Source of the DNA: an uncultured Blautia sp.
Lineage (GTDB): Bacteria; Bacillota; Clostridia; Lachnospirales; Lachnospiraceae
Direction of reading: 5' to 3'
DNA length: 64,000 bases
Assembly: GCA_900547615.1 (NCBI GenBank)
Contig: URHH01000001.1
Location: 2,296-66,295, forward strand
In this document: in pieces, positions 8,691 to 18,554 of the stretch
How the letters are laid out: every line of letters begins with the position of its first letter
How positions within the stretch are numbered: position 1 is the first letter of the stretch
Program-made: the position numbers and the translations under genes
Notes under the pieces: model-generated
What the model saw: the letters and a program-made list of their open reading frames with translations, nothing else
What the model was told of the DNA's origin: nothing
Databases searched by the model: none

Positions 8691-9599
8691 TTATATTACG
8701 GAAAACTCTCTGTATACGTAATCTAAGTGCTGTTCCAGCAGTGCTAGCGTCTGTTTATCCGGATACTTCCCCGGCTGTCTGCAAACAGTATTCCTCATAA
8801 TACCTCTTTTTTTTAATATAATTTTTTCGAGAGCTACGAACGATTCTATATCTCGCTGCATTAAATGTATATGTGGAAGGTATTTATTGAAAAGGTCAAA
8901 AGCTTTTTCTTTCTCTCCATTTTCAAAAGCATCATAAATCATTCGATAAGGACGTATTAATGCTGCCCCGGGCATTACAGCGCACGCCCCTCGAAACAGC
9001 GCTTCATACATACACTCTCCTCCGTTACCAACGATTATACCATATTTATTATGTGTTTTACTTCTTAATGTTGTAATGGCGGGTCCCGTAGGAGATGCTT
9101 CCAATTTAATATATAATTCACGAGAATTCTTTTCACCAATTTCTTCAAATGTGGAACACGGAATTTCTACTCCATTTAGTGCAGGAGCATACTGGATAAT
9201 AATTGGTATTCTCACACTATCTGCAATTGTTCTCAGATGTTTTACAAGCATTTCCGATGTGGGCGATGCGAAACCCGGCGGCATAATATTCAATGCAGCC
9301 GCTCCTTTTTTTTCATAATAAATTGCCTCTCTTATTGCCAGAACTGTAGCATGACTGCTCACAGTTGCAACAATCGGTACTCTCCCTTTATTCGCTTGAA
9401 GCGCTCTCTGAAAAAGTTCTTTTCTCTCGTCCATAGTAAGTTTATAAAATTCCGCGCCTGCTGCAAAAAGACAAATCCCATGAGCTCCATCTCTTATTGC
9501 CATATCTACTATGTCCTCAAAGTTCCCATAGTCTACATATTTGCCATCATCAGTAAAAGGAGTTGGTATGACCGGAATAATACCTTTTAGCGTTCCCAT
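8691..9599 (-). CDS. dihydrodipicolinate synthase/N-acetylneuraminate lyase (DapA) family class I aldolase/dehydratase
   Basis: Start set at the second Met (MGTLKGIIPVIPTPFTDDG...), preceded by AGGAGG. The region around a KL(E/S) Schiff-base lysine is typical of the DapA family. Confidence 0.8.
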   Translation of the reverse strand: MGTLKGIIPVIPTPFTDDGKYVDYGNFEDIVDMAIRDGAHGICLFAAGAEFYKLTMDERKELFQRALQANKGRVPIVATVSSHATVLAIREAIYYEKKGAAALNIMPPGFASPTSEMLVKHLRTIADSVRIPIIIQYAPALNGVEIPCSTFEEIGEKNSRELYIKLEASPTGPAITTLRSKTHNKYGIIVGNGGECMYEALFRGACAVMPGAALIRPYRMIYDAFENGEKEKAFDLFNKYLPHIHLMQRDIESFVALEKIILKKRGIMRNTVCRQPGKYPDKQTLALLEQHLDYVYREFSVI

Positions 9600-9603
9600 T
9601 AAA

Positions 9604-10332
9604 CTACCTCCTGTTAAAAATCTCAAAATCATGAGAAGGATATACCATTACGGGTTTCCATTTTTTTATGGTCTCAAATACTGCCTGACATTCTTCTTCG
9701 TTCACACATAGACCTACGGGAATTTCTTCTCGCATATTTTTTTCTGTCATTACTACATCTCCTGTAATGATGCCATATCCATTTTCCATGCAAACAATTA
9801 TCATCTGAGAACCGCATGTATGTCCGCCTGTATACTGCACAAAAATTCCCGGGAAAATCTCTTCTGCATCATCCCCCTGTATCAAGCGCACTCTGTTTCT
9901 ATTTTTACTTAACCAAGAAAACCACTCCTTTGGGTATTCATCTGGATGGTCTTGTGCTCTTTCCCATTCTTTTTTCTGGCAATAATATACTGCATTAGAA
10001 AAAGATGCCGCATTCCCTACGTGATCCCAGTGAAGATGCGTAAAAATAACTGCTTCTATCTTTTCCGGATTTAAAGATGCCTCCTTCAAAATATTTTTAA
10101 AAGAGCGATTACGTCTTACGCATAGCTGAAATTTATCAGAACACAATGAAGGATCTCCAAATCCGGTATCCACAACAATTTGACGTTCATTTGACTCAAG
10201 AAGAAATAATACCGATGGTACAAATTCCTGTATTTCCGGATTTCCATTCCTATATTTAATGTCATCTCTAACCATTCCAAAATCTCCAGTTAAAACAGGA
10301 GTTACTTTCCATATTTGCTTTTTTTCTTCCAA
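9604..10332 (-). CDS. MBL-fold metallo-hydrolase (lactonase-like)
   Basis: 242 aa. HLHWDHVGN is the HxHxDH zinc motif. The position between a dehydrogenase and a dehydratase suggests a sugar lactonase role. Confidence 0.75.
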   Translation of the reverse strand: MEEKKQIWKVTPVLTGDFGMVRDDIKYRNGNPEIQEFVPSVLFLLESNERQIVVDTGFGDPSLCSDKFQLCVRRNRSFKNILKEASLNPEKIEAVIFTHLHWDHVGNAASFSNAVYYCQKKEWERAQDHPDEYPKEWFSWLSKNRNRVRLIQGDDAEEIFPGIFVQYTGGHTCGSQMIIVCMENGYGIITGDVVMTEKNMREEIPVGLCVNEEECQAVFETIKKWKPVMVYPSHDFEIFNRR

Positions 10333-10343
10333 AATTTTCTCCT

Positions 10344-11519
10344 TTAATATATTGGGACAAATTCTCCTTTATTTACTGCATCAATGTCATTGTATTCATA
10401 TTTCTTTATTGTTTCTTCCCTCAGCTCCACGCCTAATCCCGGTAAATCCTGTATCAATTCTACATATCCGTCTTTATATACAATAGGCTTTATCAGAAGC
10501 TCCTCTCTAAGAGGATTTAAAGTCTGGTCGTGTTCCATAATAAATGCCTCTGGCTCTGATGCCATAAAATGCATATTCGCCATAAAGCCTACTCCGCTTC
10601 CAAAAATATGAGGCGCCATTCTCATATGATGCGCTGAAGCAATTGCTGCAATTCGCTTACACTCAGATATTCCTCCTGAACGCGTCACATCCGGCTGAAT
10701 CATATCTACAGCATGTCCTGTAATCAGAGGTGCAAAACCATATCTCGTAAATTCATTTTCTCCTGCAACAATAGGAATGCTTGTATTTGCAGTTAAACGT
10801 TTAAATCCTTCTACATCATCTGGATGAAGCGGCTCTTCCATCCAGAAAAGATCACAGTCTTCCAGTTTTTTGCATACCCGATACGCTGTATCATAGGTCC
10901 ATGGAAAATTCGTGTAACATTGACCTGCATCTACGAGAAGAGCTGGTTTTGACCCTACTCTTTTTCGCAATTCTCGAATTAATTCTATATCTTCTTCCGG
11001 GTCTTCATTTCCAATTCGAACTTTAAAACCAAAATATCCTTTCGAAACATAACCCAGAGCTTCTTCAGCCAGAGAATCTACAGATTTTGCCATTCCCCCA
11101 CTGGCATATGCCTTAAATTTTGTTCTATACTTTCCGCCAATCAAATCATAAACAGGTCTCTGAAGAATTTTCCCCATAACATCATATAAAGCAATATCAA
11201 TCCCGCTAATAATTGTAGCAATTACTCCCCGTCTTCCATAATGCGCAGACTGAATATAGAGTTTTCTCCATATTTTTTCAATATTAAATGGATCTTCCCC
11301 CAGGAGCATCTTTTTAAAGCGTGTATCTATTATCGTTTCTACTGCTCTCGGAAGATAGGCGGACTCTCCGATTTCACCAAGTCCAGTATATTTATCATCC
11401 ACCGTAATACGCACAAGCACGCAATTCCTCTGGAGTGTAGCACCCCCTGACCACTTCCACTTTTCATCCTGTTCATATCTGTAGCATAATAAGATTGTTT
11501 CCACATCCGTTATCTTCAT
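10344..11519 (-). CDS. enolase-superfamily (mandelate racemase/muconate lactonizing enzyme family) sugar-acid dehydratase
   Basis: 391 aa. MR/MLE N-terminal capping domain plus TIM barrel with KxK region (FKVRIG), metal ligands (LLVDAGQ...EEP...) and the catalytic region. Confidence 0.85.
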   Translation of the reverse strand: MKITDVETILLCYRYEQDEKWKWSGGATLQRNCVLVRITVDDKYTGLGEIGESAYLPRAVETIIDTRFKKMLLGEDPFNIEKIWRKLYIQSAHYGRRGVIATIISGIDIALYDVMGKILQRPVYDLIGGKYRTKFKAYASGGMAKSVDSLAEEALGYVSKGYFGFKVRIGNEDPEEDIELIRELRKRVGSKPALLVDAGQCYTNFPWTYDTAYRVCKKLEDCDLFWMEEPLHPDDVEGFKRLTANTSIPIVAGENEFTRYGFAPLITGHAVDMIQPDVTRSGGISECKRIAAIASAHHMRMAPHIFGSGVGFMANMHFMASEPEAFIMEHDQTLNPLREELLIKPIVYKDGYVELIQDLPGLGVELREETIKKYEYNDIDAVNKGEFVPIY

Positions 11520-12478
11520 TCCAATCCCTCCACAACTATTTTTTCATTAATCGCTTTTACTATCGCTTTATGAAGTCTGCACACCTGTCCCGCATCCTCC
11601 ATTGTGGAAATTGGTTGCTCTCCCTGTAAAATACATCTTTCCACAAACCATTTCATTTCTTCATTAAACATTTCCTGATAAAGACTTTGTTCGTATCCCG
11701 TATCTGTCTTTTCTATAAAATCTCTTCTGGAAAAATTCATGCTTCCTTTATTTCCCAGTATCTTAATTTTAAAGGTCCACGGTTCTGATGAATAATCCTC
11801 TGCTGCCCACGTTACAAAAATCTGCACAATCGTACCCTGCTCATATTCCAACATTACCGAAACCTGAGCACCTTCTGTCTCATTTTCTTTTCCCTCTATC
11901 TGAGTACGAAATGCCGTTATCCGCGCTGGCACACCCAAAAATGCCAAACAAAGATACAATTGATGACAAAGGACGTCTGTTTCCGGTCCTGTATACTTTA
12001 CTGCCAGTTCTTTTGACATATAATACATTTCTGATAAATAAATGTATGCAGGCACTCCTAACCGTTTCTCTTCAAGAGCACGTTTCATCCGTATCAATTC
12101 CGGCAAGTAGATATAACTGTGTCCCGGCATACAAACTACTCCATTTTTCTTTGAAGCTATCGTCATCTCTTCTATCTCCCGCTCCGAAAAACTCACCGGT
12201 TTTTCTACAAGAATGTGTTTTCCCGCTTCAATACCTTTCATAGCATATATGTAATGAAACTCAGGCGGCGTAAGAATACACAACGCATCTACAGAGGAGG
12301 ACTTACAAATTTCATCCTCAGACAAAACAGGCACTCCTAGCTTTTCCCCAAATTCTTTTGCATGTCTTCCCCCTGAAACTGCTGTAATTTCTGCCCATGC
12401 ACATTGTTTAATCGCTACAATATGATTCTCTGCTACTCTTCCGCACCCTATTAATCCTATTCTGATTTTTTTCTTCAT
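11516..12478 (-). CDS. Gfo/Idh/MocA-family oxidoreductase (sugar dehydrogenase-like)
   Basis: 320 aa. MKKKIRIGLIGCGRVAENH Rossmann motif. A 4-nt overlap with the downstream gene indicates translational coupling. Confidence 0.8.
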   Translation of the reverse strand: MKKKIRIGLIGCGRVAENHIVAIKQCAWAEITAVSGGRHAKEFGEKLGVPVLSEDEICKSSSVDALCILTPPEFHYIYAMKGIEAGKHILVEKPVSFSEREIEEMTIASKKNGVVCMPGHSYIYLPELIRMKRALEEKRLGVPAYIYLSEMYYMSKELAVKYTGPETDVLCHQLYLCLAFLGVPARITAFRTQIEGKENETEGAQVSVMLEYEQGTIVQIFVTWAAEDYSSEPWTFKIKILGNKGSMNFSRRDFIEKTDTGYEQSLYQEMFNEEMKWFVERCILQGEQPISTMEDAGQVCRLHKAIVKAINEKIVVEGLE

Positions 12479-12480
12479 TT

Positions 12481-13323
12481 TTACTCCTTAATCGCTCCCA
12501 TAGTAAATCCCTGTACTAGATATTTTTCCAAGTATGTAAATAATAGTAATCCTGGTAAACATGCCAATACCGAGCCAGCCATTATCTGTCCCCAATTAAC
12601 ACTTCCATGTTGTCCCTGCATAAGGGCTATTCCTACGGTAATTGTTCTCATCTCTTCCGTCCTAGCAAACGTAAGCGCATACATATATTCCTGCCAGGAA
12701 AGAATAAACGCAAACATAGCAACTGTCACAATTCCCGGAGCAGCCAAAGGCATAATAATCTTAAACAAGATTCTCAAACGTCCGCACCCGTCAATTCTCG
12801 CTGCTTCTTCAAGAGATACCGGAATTGTATCAAAATATCCTTTTATCATCCATGCACAAAACGGCATAGCAAAAGTAGTATATGCTATAACCATGGACAA
12901 ATGAGTATTCAAAAGTCCCAGTTTGCTCATAATCATATACATTGGAATTAAAAGAAGCATAGAAGGAAACATCTGCACTACAATCAATACTACAGAAAAA
13001 AAGGTTCTGCCATGAAAACGAAAACGTGAAATTCCATATCCTGCAAACATGGCAACAATCAGGGAAATCCCCATTGTAGCAAAAGAAATAATCAGCGAAT
13101 TTACAAAATACGTTTTAAAATATCCCCTATTCCATATTTCTCCGTAATTTTTAAAGCTAAATTCTGAAGGTACCCATTTTGGTATCTCCAAAAAAATTTC
13201 ATCCGCCTCTTTAAAAGAAGTAGAAATCATCCATAAAAATGGCAAAATCAAAACAACTGTCAAAACCAAAATAACTAAAGTACATCCTATTTTACTATAT
13301 TGTCGTTTTTGCGCTCGTGTCAT
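12481..13323 (-). CDS. carbohydrate ABC transporter permease (MalG/UgpE-like)
   Basis: 280 aa, 6 TM helices. Contains the EAA-loop region ...EAARIDGCGRLRILFKIIMPLAAPG. Confidence 0.85.
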   Translation of the reverse strand: MTRAQKRQYSKIGCTLVILVLTVVLILPFLWMISTSFKEADEIFLEIPKWVPSEFSFKNYGEIWNRGYFKTYFVNSLIISFATMGISLIVAMFAGYGISRFRFHGRTFFSVVLIVVQMFPSMLLLIPMYMIMSKLGLLNTHLSMVIAYTTFAMPFCAWMIKGYFDTIPVSLEEAARIDGCGRLRILFKIIMPLAAPGIVTVAMFAFILSWQEYMYALTFARTEEMRTITVGIALMQGQHGSVNWGQIMAGSVLACLPGLLLFTYLEKYLVQGFTMGAIKE

Positions 13324-13327
13324 TTGC

Positions 13328-14203
13328 TCACTCCTTCAATAATTTCCTCACATACACAATACATGGAACAATCAGCACAATCATCATAATAACGGCTGCT
13401 GCCGAAGCATAGCTTGTCTGGAATGTCTGCATAAACAAACGGTATATATATACCGGAAGAGATAACGTAGCTTCTCCTGGCCCTCCTTTTGTTACAACTT
13501 GGATAATTTCCAACTGATTAAAATTCCATATAGATGTAAGAATTGCCGTAATCAACATAATACTTTTTAACATGGGAATCGTAACAAAACGAAAACACTG
13601 GCTTCCTGTTGCCCCGTCTACTTTTGCCGCTTCATATAAATCACCGGGTATTGCCTGAATTCCAGCAAGCAATGTAATTGCAACAAAAGGAATACTCTTC
13701 CATATAATGACCATAACAACTGATACGGCCGCCAGCTTTTCATCGGACAGCCACGAAAGGTTATGTGAAATAATCCCTGTGCTTTTTAAAAGATAATTCA
13801 TCATTCCAAAGGATTCATTCAAAAACCATTTCCATATAATACCTGCTATGGCATTAGGAATAATCCACGGAATCAAGACTAGACATCGAAATAGCTTTTT
13901 ACAATAAATATTTTTATTTAAAAGTACAGCAAACAAAAGCCCAAAAAACATTTCGAATACAAGAATAGCAAGCGTCCATACAATAGAACGTCTTAAAGCA
14001 TCCAGAAACATAGAATCCGTTAATAACGATTTATAATTCTCCACTGCCACAAACTCCGGTTTCACAGGCCGAATCAAACTTTCATTATAAAAGCTGTTGA
14101 CAACCCCCGATAAAACAGGATAGATTAAAATGACCAAAATTAATGCGGCGCATGGAAGAAGAAACAAATAAGGTGTTACTGTTGTTTTTATTCTTTTTTT
14201 CAT
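13328..14203 (-). CDS. carbohydrate ABC transporter permease (MalF/UgpA-like)
   Basis: 291 aa. EAA loop EAAKVDGATGSQCFRFVTIPMLK. Confidence 0.85.
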   Translation of the reverse strand: MKKRIKTTVTPYLFLLPCAALILVILIYPVLSGVVNSFYNESLIRPVKPEFVAVENYKSLLTDSMFLDALRRSIVWTLAILVFEMFFGLLFAVLLNKNIYCKKLFRCLVLIPWIIPNAIAGIIWKWFLNESFGMMNYLLKSTGIISHNLSWLSDEKLAAVSVVMVIIWKSIPFVAITLLAGIQAIPGDLYEAAKVDGATGSQCFRFVTIPMLKSIMLITAILTSIWNFNQLEIIQVVTKGGPGEATLSLPVYIYRLFMQTFQTSYASAAAVIMMIVLIVPCIVYVRKLLKE

Positions 14204-14271
14204 CTGGTATCTCTCCTCGTAAATTGAAACCGGGAGTGCCTTTCACGACACTCCTGTTTCAATTCCAGCTA

Positions 14272-15588
14272 TCATTCTCCATGAAGTTCTTTTAACTTTT
14301 CATCAAGTGTATGCATACCCTCTTCAACCGAAACACTTCCCATCAACATCTGCTGCACAGTAGAATTTCCATACATACTGGTAAGGGATTGCCATGAGGG
14401 ATCAAGAGGCGGTATCATACATTTATCTACTTCGTCTAAAAACGGCTGAAGTTTTTCGTCATAATTTTTCTTTGCATATTGAACAAAATCTTCGGAGTAC
14501 AGCATACCTCCTGCTGCATTACAAAAAGCTCCTGCTATGGTTAGCCCCTCTACATCACTTGGTGTATTATAAAAGTAATCTAAAAACTTCCACGCCTCTT
14601 CTTTATGCTCTGAAGCTTCCAAAATATTAAACGTATTAGGGTAACCTCTGTATACGGTATTATCCGGACCATCGAACATAATTGCAGTTCCCCATTTTCC
14701 TTCCAAATCCGGGCCTTTTTCCTCAACCGATCCCGTTACCCACGCTCCGTTCTGCATCATTGCAACTTCCCCGGATACAAAGGCATTTGTTACTGCCTCC
14801 CAGTCATAATCCACAACACTGTCCGGAGTCACTTTATGAGTCTGAACAAGATCAACCATCATCTGTGTTCCCTTTATTGCCGCCTCATCAGAAAGTTTTG
14901 ATTTCCACGTTTCATCTTCATACAACGAAATATCCGCTCCGCACATCTGCATGAAATGCACCCAGTAATCAGAAGCATTTTCTGCCTGTACTGGCCAGGC
15001 ATATCCATACTGATCTATTGTCCCATCTCCATCTGTATCTTTCGTCAAAGCTTTTGCACATTCGAGAAATTCTTCGTATGTTTTTGGTGGCTTGTCAGGG
15101 TCAAGTCCTGCTTCTTCAAAAAGGTCTTTTCTATAAAACAATGCCCAGTTACAGCCTTCCTGCGGCAGTCCGTCAATTTTTCCATCTTCTGTTGTAATCA
15201 TGGCTTTTGCACTTGGAAGAAAGCTATTCACAAGCTCTTCCGGTACAAATTCACTTAAATCTGCAAGCGCTCCAATTCCTCTGTATTCTGCAAGCATCGA
15301 AGTATTACACATAATCAAATCCGGTGCATTCCCACTTACAATAGAAGTCATAATCTGAGAAGGCGCATCCGTCCAACTGCTTCGTGTCTCTACAATTTTA
15401 ATACCCGGATTTTCCGCCTCAAAATCCGAAATTGCGCGCTCCAGAATTTCAAGCTGTTCCGGAACCCATGCCGTATGCAGAAACTGAATTTCTACATTTT
15501 CTTCCGCTTTTACTTCATGACTCATGCCGCCAAACATTCCCACCGACATTGTCGCACAAAGAAACACACTCAAAAACCTTTTTTTCAT
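14272..15588 (-). CDS. extracellular solute-binding protein of a sugar ABC transporter
   Basis: Start moved to MKKRFLSVFLCATMSVG..., a signal/lipoprotein-like N-terminus with AGGAGG 8 nt upstream. ~438 aa SBP family 1. Confidence 0.8.
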   Translation of the reverse strand: MKKRFLSVFLCATMSVGMFGGMSHEVKAEENVEIQFLHTAWVPEQLEILERAISDFEAENPGIKIVETRSSWTDAPSQIMTSIVSGNAPDLIMCNTSMLAEYRGIGALADLSEFVPEELVNSFLPSAKAMITTEDGKIDGLPQEGCNWALFYRKDLFEEAGLDPDKPPKTYEEFLECAKALTKDTDGDGTIDQYGYAWPVQAENASDYWVHFMQMCGADISLYEDETWKSKLSDEAAIKGTQMMVDLVQTHKVTPDSVVDYDWEAVTNAFVSGEVAMMQNGAWVTGSVEEKGPDLEGKWGTAIMFDGPDNTVYRGYPNTFNILEASEHKEEAWKFLDYFYNTPSDVEGLTIAGAFCNAAGGMLYSEDFVQYAKKNYDEKLQPFLDEVDKCMIPPLDPSWQSLTSMYGNSTVQQMLMGSVSVEEGMHTLDEKLKELHGE

Positions 15589-15626
15589 TACCAAATCCTC
15601 CTGTTCTATTTTATTTTTTCTTTTCT

Positions 15627-16526
15627 TTATCTCATCCTCAGCTTTTGCACCAGACCAATCGTCTGCGCAATCCACTGGGAACAAAATTCATCATTTAAAT
15701 TATAAAAATGACGCTGTACTTTTCCTGCATCCACACCTATAATCCCCGATAAAATGCGATAGTTTTCCGGAAATGCAATTCCATCCAGATGTCTTACAAG
15801 CTGTATAATATTCATTTGAATTTGTGATGCTTTTTCCAAATTTCTGCAATGATATGCCTCTATCAATTCTTTTTCTTCTTTATCAAACATCCAGCTAAGA
15901 GCCGATATACATCCCGATGCACCAAGTGTAAGCGCTGGAAGCAAACAAATGTCCTGTCCTGTAAACACATGAAAATCCGGCCTTTTTTCTTTTATTACAC
16001 CCATCACTTTTGACAAATACATCATATTTCCGCTGCTGTCCTTCAAACCAATGATATTCGGGATATCTAGAAGCTCTTTCATATATTCTAAAGGAACCTC
16101 CGGCGCACAAAACGGAATATTATACATAAGAATTTTTATTCCCGGCGGAGTTTTCTTTGATATAGTTCTATAGAAATTCAGTACATTTTCCGGTGTCTGA
16201 GGAAAATAATACGGTGGACATATAAGAGCATATTTATATCCTATTTTTTCCATATATTCCAAAAGATTCTGCACTCCTCTTTCTGTGGGTGCACTTGCTC
16301 CCCCAATTAAAATTTTATGTTTTCCTACCGCTTCCATCCCCGCTGCAAGAACCTCTTTCTGTTGCTCTGTATCCATATAAATAAATTCTCCTGTCGAACC
16401 ACACATAAGAAGCCCTTGTACACACGTATCTCTGCAGTAAATAAGTTCCTGATACAGCGCATCCATATTTAACTGCCCGTCACTGCTAAAAGGAGTCAAC
16501 ACAACTCCATACATTCCCTTTTCCAT
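15627..16526 (-). CDS. DapA-family (dihydrodipicolinate synthase-like) lyase, first gene of the operon
   Basis: 299 aa. MYGVVLTPFSSDGQLNMDALYQELIYCRD..GLLMCGSTGE is the DapA-family N-terminus. Confidence 0.8.
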   Translation of the reverse strand: MEKGMYGVVLTPFSSDGQLNMDALYQELIYCRDTCVQGLLMCGSTGEFIYMDTEQQKEVLAAGMEAVGKHKILIGGASAPTERGVQNLLEYMEKIGYKYALICPPYYFPQTPENVLNFYRTISKKTPPGIKILMYNIPFCAPEVPLEYMKELLDIPNIIGLKDSSGNMMYLSKVMGVIKEKRPDFHVFTGQDICLLPALTLGASGCISALSWMFDKEEKELIEAYHCRNLEKASQIQMNIIQLVRHLDGIAFPENYRILSGIIGVDAGKVQRHFYNLNDEFCSQWIAQTIGLVQKLRMR

Positions 16527-16769
16527 TTTTCCCCTTTCTGTTCTTATATGTGAACATATTTTATATATCTAAATTATGTTTGTATAAATAATATCACAGA
16601 GGAATTACTCTGTCAATAATGTTATTTTTACTATTTTTTCTTATGATTTTTTATCTATTTTTCACATATAATTAAGTTTTATACTTGTTTTTTCCAAGAT
16701 TTGGTGTATTATATATATGAACACTCTTCATTTATACTTTTTTTAATAAATATAAGGGGGATTATCAGT

Positions 16770-17534
16770 ATGGAACAAAAAAATCATCGACTTTTACAAT
16801 GTGCTTTAGAAATTATGAAATACATATCAAAACAGCCGAAAGGTGTTTCGTTTAAAGAAATCTGTACCATTACTGATTTACCCAAAAGCTCTGTGCATAA
16901 CCTGGTACAGACCATGTGTAATATGAACTTTCTTCAAAAAAAAGAAAATTATAATGAATATCGAATTGGTTTACAGTGTTTCGAAGTAGGAAATGCCTAT
17001 CTTTCTACAAATCCTTTTTATTCTGTAGCTAAAGATATTGTAGAAAATGTATCCATGCGCTGTAATCAGACAACACATTTTGGTATTTTAAACGGTCACG
17101 ATACGATTTACCTTTATAAATTCGACAGCAATCAGCCTCTCCGCATTGCGTCACATACAGGTAAACGTATTCCCGCCCATGCCACAGCTATCGGAAAAGC
17201 TCTTTTATCAGGGCTTTCTAAAACGGAGTTAGATGAATTATATAAAAATTACAAACTGGAAGCTATGACAGAGCACACCATTACTTCTTTGGAAGAACTG
17301 GAAAAACAAATAGAAGAAGTACGAAAAACACAAACAGCCTATGAGTCAGAAGAATCTTCGCCATATGTCCGCTGCATCGCTGTTCCCATCTGCAATCGCA
17401 CAGGAAATGTTATCGCTGCTCTTTCTGTTTCTTTTCCTATTTATCAAAACAACTTGAATACGGAAGCGTTTCAAATGATTCTTTTTGATGCAAAAAGACA
17501 ATTGGAAGCCGCACTGCTGACACTGGATATATAG
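16770..17534 (+). CDS. IclR-family transcriptional regulator (divergent from the sugar-acid operon)
   Basis: Start set at MEQKNHRLLQCALEIMKYI (RBS AAGGGGGA). N-terminal winged-HTH plus C-terminal IclR effector domain. Confidence 0.85.
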   Translation: MEQKNHRLLQCALEIMKYISKQPKGVSFKEICTITDLPKSSVHNLVQTMCNMNFLQKKENYNEYRIGLQCFEVGNAYLSTNPFYSVAKDIVENVSMRCNQTTHFGILNGHDTIYLYKFDSNQPLRIASHTGKRIPAHATAIGKALLSGLSKTELDELYKNYKLEAMTEHTITSLEELEKQIEEVRKTQTAYESEESSPYVRCIAVPICNRTGNVIAALSVSFPIYQNNLNTEAFQMILFDAKRQLEAALLTLDI

Positions 17535-17541
17535 AAAAAAA

Positions 17542-17576
17542 CTCCCGAAAGATAAATCATCTTTCGAGAGTTTTTT
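17542..17576. terminator. bidirectional rho-independent terminator
   Basis: ctcccgaaagat-aaatc-atctttcgagag hairpin, flanked by an A-run upstream and TTTTTT downstream. It lies between the convergent IclR (+) and URO-D-family (-) genes. Confidence 0.6.
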
Positions 17577-18554
17577 CTATCTATACACTCCCTCTTCCCA
17601 CCAAATCTGGTTCATACGCTCATATCTGTCAAGCCCCAGACCTGTGTAAGCGCAATTAGAAGTGGAAAAAATGTATCCATATCCCGGCATTCCCTGCCGC
17701 AGGGAACGGCGCACATCTTCTTCCAGCTCCTCCATTGTTCCCGTCTGCATTTTTCCGCAGTTTACGTTCCCAATAAGACATACCTTGTCTCCATAAAGTT
17801 TTTTCACTTCTGCTAAATCCACGCCGCCCTGCGGATCAAGAGAATGAATAGCATCAGGAGCACAGTCTACAATCATATCCAGAATCGGCATAACATTTCC
17901 ATCGGTATGTTTAATGGTATAGTAGCCATTCGCACGATAATAGGAAATAATTTCTTTTAAATAAGGCTGCACAAGCTCTGCAAACATTTCCCTGCTGTAA
18001 AAAGGATTCGTATTAAAACAGTAATCTGAGCAAAGGGTAAATCCATCTAAAAGCCCCGGATGTTTATTCATTTCCTCACAAAGAGCTGCCGCCTGTTCCA
18101 TCTTCCTTTTTGTCTGTTCGATAAGCACTTCCGGCTCTTCATACATCATGGCGGCAAAATCCACCATGTGATCTCCATCCGGAATTGGATGGGTAACATC
18201 CCCGTGGATTGTAAGATAGTACTTGTCTCCTGAAATCTCACGGATTGTTTCCAGAATCTCTCTGGCAGCCTCCAGATTATCCGGCATTTCTCCATCCGGA
18301 CCTGGATTCGGATGAACAAAAATTGCATTGTGATGATATTTTTCTGCAATCTCTATATAAGCAAGTGCCATATCTTTAAGCTGAAGCTTCTTCTCCGCCC
18401 GGCTCATCTGATTCCACTGACCATAAAAACGATGAAGAGGATGTACGCGCCCGATGGATTCCATAGTCAGAAAAAATACAAGCTCAAATGTAGGAACGTG
18501 ACCTTCTATTTTTTCTCTTTTCAAAGCTTTAATGAATTGTTCTCTTGGAGTCAT
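17577..18554 (-). CDS. uroporphyrinogen decarboxylase (URO-D)/MtaA-family protein
   Basis: 325 aa. URO-D-like TIM barrel, family includes cobalamin-dependent methyltransferases. It is the last gene of the CdaR-linked operon. Confidence 0.65.
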   Translation of the reverse strand: MTPREQFIKALKREKIEGHVPTFELVFFLTMESIGRVHPLHRFYGQWNQMSRAEKKLQLKDMALAYIEIAEKYHHNAIFVHPNPGPDGEMPDNLEAAREILETIREISGDKYYLTIHGDVTHPIPDGDHMVDFAAMMYEEPEVLIEQTKRKMEQAAALCEEMNKHPGLLDGFTLCSDYCFNTNPFYSREMFAELVQPYLKEIISYYRANGYYTIKHTDGNVMPILDMIVDCAPDAIHSLDPQGGVDLAEVKKLYGDKVCLIGNVNCGKMQTGTMEELEEDVRRSLRQGMPGYGYIFSTSNCAYTGLGLDRYERMNQIWWEEGVYR

